A program made the position numbers and the translations under genes. Positions 1 through 12,916 of a stretch of DNA of 64,000 nucleotides are shown here, piece by piece. Source of the DNA: Schizochytrium sp. TIO01 (Eukaryota; Protista; Bigyra: Labyrinthulomycetes); assembly GCA_004764695.1 (NCBI GenBank), contig SMSO01000005.1, positions 1,116,001 to 1,180,000 on the forward strand, in the 5' to 3' direction. Below the pieces are notes generated by a model. It was given only the letters and a program-made list of their open reading frames with translations. It made no database searches and was not told the DNA's origin. The number at the start of each line of letters is the position of its first letter. The stretch's first letter is position 1.

Positions 1-270
1 TGAGAGTTTTAATCGGTTCTTCTCCCAGGAAAAGTTCCTAGTAGACCTGCCTACTCATCGAGACATTGGCTATTTTGATAGCGTCGGTGTTTCTGGTCGC
101 GATTCTCATAATTAAGCAAAGAGTTCGAGGTGACACGATACTAGTAGACATAGCACATGAATTAAATATAGTAGTTATGGTTATGATTCTTCTTTATATT
201 ATTAAGACGTAAAATAAAATTATACTGTAAAAAGTAAAATTCTAATTGTAAATATAAATAATAAATAGAT

Positions 271-318
271 GAGAAAGAGAAAGAGAAAGAGAAAGAGAAA
301 GAGAAAGAGAAAGAGAAA
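271..318. repeat. (GAGAAA)8 microsatellite
   Basis: Read directly from the sequence. Confidence 0.95.
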
Positions 319-3300
319 GGAACAATTTATAAATTATACCTTCAAACGATTCGCTTCTCTTTCAATAAAATATAGAAAACGAGTACTTTAGAAATCTGAG
401 TCTCTCACATAAAATTATCCCACGGTATTGAAAGCTAGCGTTCTTTAAGCTGGGTGCCTACGTATTTGTATGTATTCATTCTTCAGTCTTTATATTTTGA
501 TTAGAAATATAGAAGAAAAGAGAACGAAAACCTCTCCTCTCAGTGCCCATCATTAATCGTAAACGCGTGAGATATTGAGGGACAAGTTCTAACTATTCTA
601 TACTTCCCTACGAGCCGCCAATCATAGAGAAGCTTTCAAGAGGCAAAGCAAGTTAGTAAATGACCAAGAATAAAGAAAAGAACAAAAAAAAGAATTCGCT
701 GTCTTCAGAAGAGCGAGTCGGACGGGTGCCGGAGGCAAGGAGGCAATTAAAGCAAGCCTCTAAAGAAGATACCTCCATGCTCCCGCGTCATGTTCATCGC
801 TGAAGGGGAACTGGCATTCATTCGTGCATCTCTATCTATTCGCGCATGTCTCCATCCATCCACGCAAACACGGCTGTTTCATTAGACGTGCAAACAAGCA
901 CATGCTTTTATGCTACGATCCTTCACGATTAGTTTATTTCGTGTAATTACAAAATTTATTTTATACAGCGTGTTGGAACCATACTTTAAAAACCTTTCTT
1001 CTACAACTACTTTAAAAATGAGAAGAGTGTTTTTAATTCTGAAAAAGAAGAGTTGAAAACAGTCGTTGGCGATCGAGTAATAATTAAGCGGCAAAGAGCA
1101 GATGGAAGAGGGAGAAAGCCAACCGCGAAGGGAGAGGAGGCCGCTCTGCGGAGTAGTAGATCTGACTAAGCGAGTGCTCTAGCCATGCAAATGCACAGAT
1201 ACATTCAGACAGTCACTCCGTAAATGAGCCTGAAGAGCTGGCGAGAGGCCGCCTCCTCCTGCTGCTTTGTGGCTTTCAACGGCGATGAATGATAGACGTA
1301 CCTACCTATCACTCACTCCATTGCGTACCTTTGTACTGGTTTTCTATGTTGATGATATTAATTTAAGTATTAAAATAGAGGAAAATCAGTGACGAAAATA
1401 AAAATAAAAGGAAACGGAGATAGATAGAGATAGGAGATAGATGGAATAGCACCTCCTTACTACAAATGGGTAGAGTTCACTCATGATGCAGGTTTTATTA
1501 TTATTATTATTTATTTTTTAAATAAATAAATTTAAATTAAATGTTAAAACTTAAAACTTGTGTTTCAAAGTATACAAAATGGAGAAGAAAGAGTCGTCAC
1601 TCTTTACAGAGTTTATTTGTTTCTACGAGGAGTGGAACGATTTGGTACAGCTCGTGGCTAGCACCTCTACGAATTCCAAGCGAATCGTTTACTACAGACA
1701 CGTGAGTACAAACGAACAAGCCGAAACGGGCAATGAGAATTAGCACAATCCTCTGTGCTTGTGCTCTGCTAATTGGTGCTATGTAGGACTCGCCTGGCTT
1801 CCCCTCGAGCTTCGTCCTGTTTGATTTAATATTTGCTGATTCTGTTTTCTCCCTTCTTTAAAAAATGTTTTAAGAAGAGCATCAACTTCTAAGCATTCTT
1901 TCGCGAGAAGGAAACCAGTCGTGATGGTGGCCCCAATAGCCGTCAAAAGTCATTTATAGGTACTTCAAGTACCCGCACACCGGAGAGGAGCCTGGCAAAT
2001 TTAAGGACGATGAAGACTCGTGATGTGAATCAGCTCTATCCTCAAGAGCAAGACCCATCGTTCTGAAGAGGTCCTTAAGTTGATACACATGGCAGAAGGT
2101 GATGCACATTCATGGCACGAATAAGGGTAAGACTAGAAAGGGAATCTATGATTTTGTAAAGCGCTATACTTACTTCGTAAAGCAACAAGCTAAATAGAGA
2201 CAATACCATGAAAAACTGGACCAACAACAACACGAATTACGTATGGCTGGCCTAACTGCAAAATGTTTGTTTACCTGCTCAGCAAGCACTAATCTGCGTC
2301 CATCATGCAAGCTCTTTTGGCTCTTCTTCTCAGAATAGGTCCCCCCAGTTCTTAGATTCATTCTTCTGCTACTTCAGTCGTCTTATTAGCAAAATGCTTC
2401 TTTCGGCTGCCAGTGCTTCTTTTGACTAGCTAGAATATTTTCAAACGGACTAGGTTATTGTGGGTAGTAGGTACCTAGTTATGTCTATCTTCCATGGTGG
2501 TGTAGCTACGTCCTACTATACTAAAGAGGTCCTAAGGCGCCAGCTATTCAACGATCGAAGTTTAAGGACCTCCAAAACTTATCAACGAAGGGTTAGTTTT
2601 AGTTTTTATGATTTATTTGATGAATATTTATTCTTTACGTTTTTAATTAAATTAACACTACTTTAACAAGAGGCCTGTCGCTAAGAGTAGGCGTACAACC
2701 ACATTGCAATTAAAGGTCGAGGTGAGTGTTCATTACGTTCTAATAAGCAAGCCATTGTAGGGATTCTACAAGTATTGAGCGTCTCTCTTGCCGTACACTA
2801 CAACCTACTTACTATGTAAGAACAGTATATAAGCTCGATAATTGTTTGTATACATGCAGACTGTGACTTTTTGCAATGCTATGAAATGAATAAATTGCAA
2901 TGATGATCACTGAGGCTTCTTCGTATTTCTTCTTGAAGGATACAGCATTGCTTGTTTAGTTCACGTCTGATGTATGAGTTGGCTAAAAACCTTTTGGCAA
3001 GTAAGTTAAAAAAAAAAGAAGAGTTGCTCAGTCTCTACCATGAAGACTTACTCCAAGAATTTTAATTTGAAGAATTATATTAATTGTTTATTTGTTCTTA
3101 TGTCTGACAGAGGATTATCTTATCATTATTCATATTACAATTAAAAAAAGAAGAAGAAAATGATTGTATAAAATAGAAACGAAAGCTAAATCGATTTGGC
3201 AACCAACCGCGAGAGGTTGCGGGATTAAACCTACCTCGGTACCTGGCTATCATTTGAAGCAATACATGCGCAAATACTATGATATCACACTCGCAATGAT

Positions 3301-3900
3301 GTACAACAGCAGTGGTGGAGATTTGTGCGCTCATTTCTCTTCCCTCGCAACGCATCAGCTGTTTAAAGTGCCCAGAAAGAATACCATCTTTACTGTCATC
3401 TATAACTGCTTGAAAAAAAGGTAGCTCGCTATAATCTTTTATCTTCTTCTCCTTCTAGACCGCTAAATCCCACACGGAAAACCTTTTCAGCAAACCAGCC
3501 AAAAGCAAGCGCTTCTCAGCGTCCCTCTAATCTCTCCATTCCCGGAATAAATAAATAAATAAATAAATAAATAAAGTGTTTTCATTTCAGTCGCTATTTT
3601 TAATTTCTTACTTTTTTATATTTTTTTGCCCTATTACACATAAACCATACATAAACTACACATAAATTACCCACTTTGTACAAAATACTACACATACGTT
3701 TACATACAAACATGCATGTCTCGCCTCGCCTCCTCCCACCTTCTGCGTTTCCTACAGCGTCATTGCCGAACAGGGCTGTAGCCTCCAGGAAATCGAACCG
3801 GCAGCGGACTCTGCGGTCCCCTGCCGTGCTCCTCTTCGGCCTCACGTGCTTTGGGACCTCCAGGAGGTCGTTGCGAAGCAGGAGCGCCCTTCCTCAGCGA

Positions 3901-3982
3901 TCACTCACTCACTCACTCACTCACTCACTCACTCACTCACTCACTCACTCACTCACTCACTCACTCACTCACTCACTCACTC
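3901..3982. repeat. (TCAC)n microsatellite, about 20 units
   Basis: Read directly; source of the spurious HSLT-repeat ORFs. Confidence 0.98.
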
Positions 3983-4248
3983 TGCTCTATAATCAATCAA
4001 TCAAAAGCGCCTTCGCCAGTGACTCCGCCTTTTGCAAGTTTGTTTGTTTGTTTGCCACGACACATTCGATCACTCTGCTGCCGTATTCTTGGCCATCTGG
4101 CTCTACCCTCGAGATGTATGTGCTCGAGCAGGCATCGGCACGCAGTCAATCAGCTCCACCCGCGTCGACTGCGACGCTTGGCCATCGATCGACTCGCGAG
4201 TCTAATCGAATGAGGCTCCGTATGTTTGTCTGCGTATAGAACATGTGT

Positions 4249-4639
4249 GTATGTATGTATGTATGTATGTATGTATGTATGTATGTATGTATGTATGTAT
4301 GTATGTATGTATGTATGTATGTATGTATGTATGTATGTATGTATGTATGTATGTATGTATGTATGTATGTATGTATGTATGTATGTATGTATGTATGTAT
4401 GTATGTATGTATGTATGTATGTATGTATGTATGTATGTATGTATGTATGTATGTATGTATGTATGTATGTATGTATGTATGTATGTATGTATGTATGTAT
4501 GTATGTATGTATGTATGTATGTATGTATGTATGTATGTATGTATGTATGTATGTATGTATGTATGTATGTATGTATGTATGTATGTATGTATGTATGTAT
4601 GTATGTATGTATGTATGTATTATGTATGTATGTATGTAT
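4249..4639. repeat. (GTAT)n microsatellite, about 390 bp with one interruption near 4621
   Basis: Read directly; source of the spurious MYVC/HTYI ORFs. Confidence 0.99.
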
Positions 4640-7600
4640 CCATGGCGCGTGCAAGCGACTATCGGAGGGTCCACTGCGGTTTCGCTCATAGAAGTAGACT
4701 AATAAATGGATCAACCGCTGGTGAATCAAAGTCATCAACTAATCGGATGGTCCATTGTGGACGGAGGGGAACTGGCCAGCCATCGTGGATTTGATTACGC
4801 AGAAGGCAACGAGCCAGCCAAAAGGCTAGCCAGCTTCACAAAAAGCCCACCCGCGATTTGAAGGTTTCCAACTCAAAGGAGAGCTCAGCAGCCTAGTCGT
4901 TCTCTCCCACTCACTCACTCGCTAACTCACCTTGATTGACCAGCGATCGGATTGGATCATCATATATTGACTGATGATTGATTGATCGATTGATTGATCG
5001 CGAAATTGCGAAATTGAGAAATTGTAATTCTTAGGCGATTTCTGCTATGACCAACCAGGAACTGCAAAAACTTGCCAAAGCTTCAAATAAAATGCAAAAT
5101 CTCCATGCGCTAGTAACTATGAACATAAAAGTTTACGGAGGCCAATGATTGAAAGTGTAAGCAAACTCTAGCTTCGTCGCTGTGTTTTTCTAGTTGGTTT
5201 GCTTTTTTCGATGAGATTGCACAGTGTGCGTTCCGCTGGTGGACCTAGTTCTCGTAGTAGAAGCTGATGGCCAGCTGCAGGAGAGCCGAGAAAACGAAAG
5301 CTGATGCGTGAGGGATTGATTAATCTCCCGCAGTCTCTGGAAACTCAGGTGGAATGAGAGCCTGGTTCTGTAGAAATAATAATTCCACGCAAACTTTGAA
5401 GCAAGCCAGCTTTCCCCATTCATTGATTAGACAGTCATTCTTTTCTTCACCATATTGTGCTGTTAGCTTGCTATTTGTCTGTCATTAACCCCATAGAGCA
5501 TATAGATAGTGGAAGCTCTTGCAGTGAATCATGATGTAATAATTGAATTAATGAACTTCAACAAAGCTGAGAATTGATTGACGGCATTAGCGTCCGGACT
5601 TCTCCGTAGGGGGTGGATGGATAGTTCACCAACACCGCCTGAGGGAATTGATCAGTTAGTTAGTCAGTTATCGTCATGGATGAATGAATGAATCAATCAA
5701 TCAATCAATGAGTCAATGAATGATCTTCATCATCGTTACTTAGTCCGTAGGTTGATTGACATGAAGCTTCAGCTGCAGCATTCGTCGTGGTGGGTATTTC
5801 AGTTGACTGGGAAATCGCGCTCACTTGAATGGTTCTTGGAAATACCGGGCTTCGTGGCACACAGATTGCGTTTAATGGACGCACGCGTCGACGACAATGA
5901 CGCTGTCTTGAGCTCCGCTCACCATGCCATTACACCTTTGTGAGGTAGGTAGCGAGCTAGAGACGTGGCTACCTAAAGGTGTGTTGAATTTCAAGCAACT
6001 CGATACAATCGCCAAATCGAATTGCAAAATAGAATCAGCTCACCGAACTCTGCCACAGAAGATTGCCTACTACCTTTTTTCACTCTTTTCTTACTTCGCG
6101 ATTTTTTAATATTACTTTTAAAAATAAAAATAGATAAATAAAATATTATGATGAAAGAAGAAAATTATCGTTTCTCCTATAAATAAGCATAGGCGTATGA
6201 TCCTTTTATGTGGTCAATCGTCTGTTGGTTTAGTAATTGAACTAGCTTGCTTGATACGGCATGACTGCTTATTATGGCATGAGAACTTTCGCAGACACTA
6301 GTAAAGCCTAGACTGGTGCTATGTGCTCCTGATCATCACTAACAGAATTGTTGGGTCCGCTTCGCAGCTCTTACAGCTTACGGTGACCATGAGCATGAGC
6401 ATGAACATGAGCTAGAAGTGAAAATGAAAATGCTACTCAGCCTTAGCCTCCCCCCCAAATGCAAACTACTTCTAGGTACTTGGAGTCTGACGCGGAGAAG
6501 AAGCTAGCAAAATTCTCGAATTGTAAATTCTAGCTGCAAATTTTTAGCTTTCGCCAGCATACGGACTTTATTTTTCTGCACCAGGAAAAGAGATGTAATG
6601 CAACACACCGAAGTGGGGCTTTGCAGGGTCCAAGTCTTCCATGGACCTTTTTATAAAGGGTTTCTCTCACTGGTTGTAAGGTCTTTTGCAGAGAGTGAGT
6701 AAATTTTCGTGGTAAATGGCACGACAAGACAGCGCAAGGTAGACCGCCGAGACCAGGTCGCAGCAGTGCCTGGGGTAGGTCGTCGTTCCTTATAATGTTC
6801 TTCCAAATACAAATCCAACTTCCTGCTCGCAGTTCTTGTGCTTTGAGAATTCAACTTTCCTTTGGAAGGAGATTTACGACGTAACTATTATTAGAAAAAG
6901 CATTAGTAATGCACCTTTATTAGTTATTAAATAAGTAAACGGTGCGCCAACCAATATGTTCTATACGTAGAAGTAGCACGCTTAGCATTGGACTTGGCAG
7001 AGGTCTCAACCTAGGTACAGTTAGAGCACTGGCCTTGCTAATCCCCTAAATGCGGTCCGAATATTTCTATATGGACCATTTGCAAAAGAAATTCGCTTTT
7101 AGAGGTGCCATCGAAGCTTGTGTCGAGATGGGATTTAGGATTTAACTCATCGTGGCGTTTTCGCTGGGATATCTAACTGACTCAAATGATTTTGTTCCCA
7201 GCTCAAAAGGAATTTCGGCCATAGCGTAAAATAGGAACAATGCGTTCGAAAAGCAAATAAGAATTGCAAGATGAATCATCATTTATTATGTAATTGTTTC
7301 TATGTATGTGTAAAAATAAAAATTAAAGCAGATTGAAACCGGTAAATGTAGGTTCGAATCGTTTATATGGTTTTCACTAATATCTTCACCAGCACCTAGA
7401 ATGATGAGTGAAGCTAATTGCGAGCACAATTAACTTTCTAGGCAAGCCTATAAGTGATTATAACTAGAGCACACCGTCGAGAGAAAGAATTAGACCTTGA
7501 GGTGAGGCGCAATTTCCCCACCATATTTTCTTTGAAACACTCTCAGATCTCCTCGCTTGGCTGGTTATATTATGCTACCAATATTGTGATTTGCACTTTC

Positions 7601-10600
7601 TTAAATCAATGTGTCCTGATATTCGTGACTTTGAAAAAGAGCAAGTCGTATCTCAACTCAACTAAAGAGTCAATAACGAGATCAATTTGTGAGGGTGCAT
7701 AATATGATACACTACTACAATTCAGATATTGGGAATTATTAGCCAGAACCGCGCCCGTGGCAGCTTCGGAGGAAATTTATGCTTCCACAGTCTTGCTTCC
7801 CTGTAGCATATTCCCCCTCAACAACGTTCGCCAGGTATTTTTTAGTCAATCTTTGCTAAGAAAGATACACCGTGGTTAAGTAGATGGGTACCCACCAGGC
7901 TTTAGGGTAATAGAAGGTATTGCGTGTGTTGCCACGACAACAAATCACCTCTTATATCATTCGTTCTATTGTACCTACCTCCGCTTGTCTTCCTTTCGCG
8001 AGTATTGGTGCAAAATTTTCTCTACTTTCTTTAGTTGATGTAAAGTGTATTGCGAGATAACTGCTATTAAAAGAGACCTAGTCGTATGTAGTATATTCAC
8101 CTACCTAGTAAGTGACAACTCGCAACTTCAGAATGAATGCACGCAAAGATGAAACTTGAAGCTACTGCGGAGAAATGAGTCTCAACTCTCTGTCATTACG
8201 AAACAGAAACTGAGTTATGTCATTTCCCAAACGTCAAAAGCGAGCGAGTCATCGCGAAAATACGAGGTTTCTTTATACATCCGCGAAAGCATCGCCAGCC
8301 AGCATCGCTGAGCATTTGATTATTTCAATTTTCCTCCTCATAGCTTCCTTAATCCTCACTTATTTCCACCTCGTTAGAAACTAAAAAAGGAAGCAGGAGC
8401 ATCGTGAAAGAAAAACACCTCTGCCTCAGAAGGAACTTAAAAAAGTATTTGTAACAGTAGTGTGCTACGTACGCCGTTTCTCATGTCTAGCTTGCTTATG
8501 TACTACTTCTCCTTTGTCAATCCGTATTTTCCGTATTTTTCATGTTTTTCATTTCATAGTTATTCCAAAGTTTTTGTTCTGCAATTTTATCCAGTGATAT
8601 TGATGAAGTATATGATGCATTGAAATTTTAATTAATGAATTCGAAAATAGAAAAAAGTGGAATATACAATTCCCATACTTTAACTGTGCAGCTTGAGGGA
8701 CCTAATCCAAACAGAAATTTTGTTGGGTGGCGTGGGTTTATTAAAAAATATAATTTCGTTGAGTTAAATAAATAACACAAGTTTATCTCAAGACACATAG
8801 GCTGGTAATTATGCTCCGTGAGTCCCCGGACCCAGTTTGGGCTGGAAACATTGCGAGTTCGATTCTATGACAAGTCTTTTCCTGAGGGTCGAAATGTAGT
8901 TGAGGCACCTTCAAATAAGAGAGGTTTTCGACTGATTAAAAGAAAGCTCGCATCCATCATCCTTTCCTAACGAAATAGCATACGTTCATCACCGGCTATA
9001 GCTATCTACGTACACCATAATAATCTATCATAGATTCAAAAAAGGAACGGAGCTTCAGTGGATTTTCCGCTTTCTCTCGGTCTCGGGATTCTTCAAACCC
9101 ACACAAAATAGAAGATGTCCAAACTTGCGCTGCGCTAACTAGGGTCGTATGTCGTCGGTATTCAGACAAACCTGCAAGTTGTTAAGCATCTCATTCCGAT
9201 AGTTCCCTGAGAACGGAATACTAGTTAAAGCAATGGTCAGCGAAGTAAGCACGAACAAAATAACGCAATTCATTCTCTACTTGTCTGGGTTCTTCAACTT
9301 TAATTTAGCAAAAAAACATGTTATGAAGAAATTCAATTATAGTCACTGTATTTTACTCAATAATTAAATAATTATAATTGACTAAATAAAACACTTCAAA
9401 GCGAAGCACTTTGTTAACGTTAACATCAGAATATCTCTTACTATTTTTAAAATCCCCTTCGAAGCTTGGTCTAGCAAAAGCTAGCAAAAGCTAGACTCTC
9501 TAATATCAAAGAGTTCTATACACATAAAATATGGGTGATGGAGACATAAAAGATTAAAAGAGATATTCTCTGCTCATTATTTATTTTATTTTATTTCAAA
9601 TAAAACGTTTTATATTTATGTACAGGTTATTTCCACATAACATACATCTTCGAATTTTATCTCTAGTGTAAAAGAACTTGTTAAAAAAGAAAGAAAAACT
9701 ATTGGAAAGTAATAGCTTCGTGGAACCGAGAGCTTCCGCTAGCGACGCGATGGAAACTGTGAAAGTTGTTGATTGGTCGTGTGGATTGTCAGCTTCTACT
9801 GCTTATAACCTAAGCAAAGTCAGCACATTAGCAGAGGAGCTTTGCATTGCCAGAGCGCTGATCTTCTCCAGCAGAGCCAACGATTCAAAAGTGGCGCATT
9901 GTGCTGCTCATTAATTGTTTTCCACAAATGAAAAGTTCACTTGCCGAGATCAAATAAGACTATAGATCTAATGAGATATTGTTGGCTATTCGACTCTCAA
10001 TCGAGCAAATTCCATAGGCGTGTCAGGTCCCGGCGTTTTCGACTCTCTGTCGGCCAAAGGTCGCCTCAAGCAGGCGGCTTCACTTGAGACAGACCCGGAG
10101 AGGATGGGTGACAAGAAGGTGTGGTTCAGAGTCCCAGCGCAGCACTGTTTCAGGGAGGAAAGTGAATAGTAAGCTGCATTGAAGTAACCAATGGGAACTG
10201 AGCACACTGAGAAATCAGGAGAGAAAGCCAGGAAATAACGCCAAGAGGGCAATAATCTCATGCAATGGCGGGTCACCTCAATAATAGTACGTACGTGCGT
10301 ATGTATGTCTGGAGATATGTATATGTTTGTTTATGAAGATGAAATCCATAAAATTAGGTAACTACTACCTTGTTTTGATGGTCTTATGTGGCTTTATAAT
10401 TGTATCTCGAAAAAAGTGAAATAATGATTGTTTGATTGACTAACGCATTTGTCTTTGGTAACTAGAGTGAATTGGCAGCCAGCATAGAACTTTACTTCAG
10501 TACTCCGTGGCAAAGACCTAGAACATTGAATCAGCCCGGCGTCGAGGGCCCAAATGATGAGTGCCTTTCGTTCTCTTGGTTTAGAAGCAGTTCGCTGAGA

Positions 10601-10835
10601 TGATAACAGGGACATGCGAGTTGGCACCATAATTAAGACAATTTCCGCAAATCATGGGCGACTTGAATAGTGTTCTCGATGATAGTATTGACATACATAT
10701 ACATACATACATACATTCATACATACATACATAGATAGTGCCTTGGTGTTGGGTGTGCGCAACGAAAATATGAGGCATCAACGATGCCAAAGATGCTCCA
10801 TTCAATGGTCAACTGGCTGCAAAAACCCTTCTTCC

Positions 10836-10888
10836 TTTCCTTCTTTCCTTCCTTCCTTCCTTCCTTCCTTCCTTCCTTCCTTCCTTCC
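10836..10888. repeat. (TTCC)n microsatellite
   Basis: Read directly. Confidence 0.95.
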
Positions 10889-11806
10889 GTGTAAACGCAA
10901 AGCATCTAACATCCATCAAACAATCAATCTCTGTTTTCTAACACGTATTCTACGCGCTGTGCAGCCTTCACAGCATCTAACTTCGATGGTTTCAAGCAAT
11001 TAGTTTCCAAATCCGTTTCGGTGCTGGCAAAGCAGGCAGGCAATATTTGCATGCCATTTACTGCGTATGAAGGTATCATCAATCAACTCGATGTGTTTAA
11101 CTTGACTAAGAAAGCCATCGCCTGGAGCCAACTCGGCAGCAGCAGTTGAGCAACGTGCTTGAAGATCCATAGTTTGCAGCTTCAGAGCTGTCTCTGAATG
11201 GCACTTTTGGGAGGGTTGTCTGACGACGATGACGACGAACGAGACAACCTCCAGAAAGCGATAAAGGGAGACACAATAAGAAGAAGACCATGAGAAGTTC
11301 ATGAGGTTCACCAGAGAAAGTCTCTATCTGTATCATAGTGTCATATATACAGATATATATAGGTATGCAACAGGCCACAATTGGCTTGCTTGCGGTGACC
11401 CATCTTTATTTGTTGATCAGTAGCTTCGTTGACAGAGCTCGGGGACCTAGGTACCTACCTACTACATGAGCGCAGGATGCTGACAACTGTGTTGGTTGTG
11501 CGTCACACAGGCTGCGCACCAGCCATAAAGCATCCGAGAACTAAGTACTGCTTGCCTGCTAGGAATGAACTCCAGGCCAATACCACTTTATTAATTTGTT
11601 CTTGTTTATTTTTATTAAGAGAGGAATACCATAGGGTGTTACAGTAAACAGCTGACTTATTAGCCAGTTGTTCTGCCTCACTTACATAAAACGCTATTTT
11701 TGTTTAATTATTTTAAAATAAATAAAAACATATATATTTCAAATTAATAAAATATCAACAAAAGATGAAATTTTTACAATCGATTTAAAATGAATATTGA
11801 AAGAAC

Positions 11807-11838
11807 GAAAGAAAGAAAGAAAGAAAGAAAGAAAGAAA
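11807..11838. repeat. (GAAA)8 microsatellite
   Basis: Read directly. Confidence 0.95.
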
Positions 11839-12722
11839 CCAAACAAGAACAGGACCGACTAGAAAACGGAACAAAAGTGCTGCTTCGTCAAACATGAGCA
11901 CAACGGGACAGCAAAGGTACGCACGGGTTCCTGAGAGTCCGAGGGTTTTGATCCACCGTTTCCAGCCTTCCCTGCTGAAAAGTTAAGGCATCGAGCAATG
12001 GATATAATGGAGTCACTAAAACTTTTCATGAAGCCCATGGAGCTTTTGACTTACGCCTCCTTTTCTAAAGACAGGGGTGCCTGCTCAGACAGTGCCTCAG
12101 ACAGTGCAAATATTCTTAAGACAAATGACAATGATAATTCCATTTAACATAGTCGATTATGTGTCGAAGTAGAAATGTTCTCGGTGCCAAAATCTTTACG
12201 CGATGAAACAAAAAGGTCTAGTGCAAGCTCTGTTTGTCTCCGTTCCACAGTAAGGTCTTTGATGTTGACGATGCACGCTTGCGATTCGTAGCTCGGAAGA
12301 CAGCGGGGTTTGTTGTTTTTTCATACCTTGAAGAAAAAGTTTGCTTAGCTTCTTTCAATAGGGAGTCAGCAAAAAATAAATAAACAAAATTATTAAAAAA
12401 GAATGTTTTGTTTCTTTCTATAGTATAATTAAATGTATATACTTTTAAAAATAAACAAAATTAAACATACATATTGGAAATAGGAAAAAAAAAACTGGGA
12501 AATATATGGAATAGAAGTAAAGAAATAGAGAGGTGTGCACCTCTCCACGGGTCGAGAGGAGATTATAACTTTCGCTTTGAGATTATTTACTGTTTATTGG
12601 TCATCATTTCTGAGACGATGATTGTTTGATGCAGAAGACAAAAGCTCTGAGTAATCAACTGGTTTTGCTATTCAGCAGTCAGTAGCTAGAGCTTGTGACT
12701 CGACATTGATTGATTTTCGCGC

Positions 12723-12916
12723 GGCCAAACCTGAAGATTATCTCAGTAAGGTAGCTCGAATATATAGAGATCAAATAACGTATAGAGCTTCCGTTTTGTT
12801 CCTTAGAAATGCTTGCGCGAAAATCGATAAAGAAAAACAACAAAACAGAAGTTGTAGACGTTATATATTCTCTATTCATTCGAGCTATCTTACTGAGATA
12901 ATCTTCAGGTTCGGCC
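12723..12916. repeat. Long imperfect inverted repeat / fold-back (78-bp arms, 38-nt loop)
   Basis: 12723-12800 aligns without gaps to the reverse complement of 12839-12916, with about 11 mismatches by manual count. The same peptide SSYLTEIIFRFG appears in ORFs on both strands. Confidence 0.95.

Noticed and set aside
3676-4794. ORFs of 120-187 aa with HSLT, MYVC or HTYI repeats
   Set aside because: Translations of (TCAC)n and (GTAT)n microsatellites, which lack stops in these frames.
7325-7370. GGTTCGAATC, a tRNA T-loop/B-box-like word (similar GAGTTCGATTC near 8855)
   Set aside because: Flanks do not form a T-stem or acceptor stem; no cloverleaf.
12084-12107. 12-bp direct duplication CTCAGACAGTGC x2 (also CTAGCAAAAG x2 at 9471)
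   Set aside because: Simple local slippage duplications with no element between them, so not evidence of a TSD.
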